NCBI GenBank assembly: GCA_965223905.1
Contig: CBDCXV010000010.1
Location: forward strand, 320,001 to 384,000
Source of the DNA: Candidatus Latescibacterota bacterium
GTDB lineage: Bacteria; Latescibacterota; UBA2968; UBA8231
Direction: 5' to 3'
DNA length: 64,000 nt
This document shows, in pieces, positions 63,520-64,000 of this stretch; the stretch's first letter is position 1; each line of letters begins with the position of its first letter. Under the pieces are notes generated by a model. That model saw only the letters and a list, made by a program, of their open reading frames with translations. It had not been told where the DNA came from and did not search any database. The position numbers and the translations under genes were made by a program.

Positions 63520-63717
63520 ATGGTTGTGGAACGCAACAGCGGCAGGCTCATCCGGATGCTCCAACAGGACGGCTGGGTGCATGTCGCCACCAAGGGCAGC
63601 CACTGGCAGTTCACGCATCCCGCCAAGCCGGGGCGCGTCACCGTGCCGCACCCGAACAAGGACATCCCGCGCGGAACGGTGGCGTCGATCTACCGGCAGG
63701 CAGGCTGGAAGGCGTAA
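63520..63717 (+). CDS. hicA: HicA-family toxin
   Basis: DGW...KGSHWQFTHP..PGRVTVPHPNKDIPRGT motif. Confidence 0.92.
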   Translation: MVVERNSGRLIRMLQQDGWVHVATKGSHWQFTHPAKPGRVTVPHPNKDIPRGTVASIYRQAGWKA

Positions 63718-63729
63718 GGAGGACGACTG

Positions 63730-64000
63730 ATGCGCTACGTATCCTTCATCCACCGGGACGACGCCGGCTACGGGGTCAGCTTCCCGGACTTCCCGGGTTG
63801 CGTCTCGGTCGGCGACACGGTTGACGACGCCGTCAGGCAAGGCGGCGAAGCCCTCGCGTTCCACGTTGAGGGGCTCCGCGACGACGGCGAGCCGATTCCC
63901 GCGCCCCGCTCGATCGACGCCATCAAGGCCGACCCGGACCTCGCCGAGTGGCGGCGCGGCGCCGACTTCGTGCTGATCCCGCTCCTCCTGGACCGCGGAT
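63730..64000 (+). CDS. hicB: HicB-family antitoxin, runs off the window
   Basis: AGGAGG RBS and YGVSFPDFPGCVSVGDT...EALAFHVEG...PIPAP. Confidence 0.92.
   Translation, partial: MRYVSFIHRDDAGYGVSFPDFPGCVSVGDTVDDAVRQGGEALAFHVEGLRDDGEPIPAPRSIDAIKADPDLAEWRRGADFVLIPLLLDRG

Overview
This is a GC-rich bacterial accessory region with no rRNA, tRNA or CRISPR array. It is a mosaic of catabolic genes (five Gfo/Idh/MocA oxidoreductases plus one fragment, two aldo/keto reductases, an enolase-family dehydratase, PhyH-dioxygenase pieces, a beta-helix/NPCBM protein), an AddAB-like helicase-nuclease pair, three toxin/defence-type modules (HTH-ImmA+DUF4411, AAA-ATPase+DUF4276, HicAB) and three DDE insertion sequences (ISL3; an internally deleted IS4 with 15-bp IRs and a 9-bp TSD; an ISKra4/ISLre2-like element with 23-bp IRs and an 8-bp TSD). 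The gene mix resembles Poribacteria/Latescibacterota-type genomes, which is an inference. The dominant unexplained structure is a co-oriented series of rolling-circle ISCR/IS91-type elements. There are six near-identical oriIS ends (33821, 38781, 44899, 51066, 54214, 60109), one diverged end (~23200) and two orphan pieces. Each oriIS carries a variably truncated transposase joined to unrelated gene fragments. A 1354-bp block starting exactly at an oriIS and carrying GNAT+VOC cargo is duplicated. This looks like Helitron-like one-ended gene capture and shuffling. Long-read indel errors or chimeric assembly cannot be excluded from sequence alone. All family assignments are from motif recognition, not database searches.
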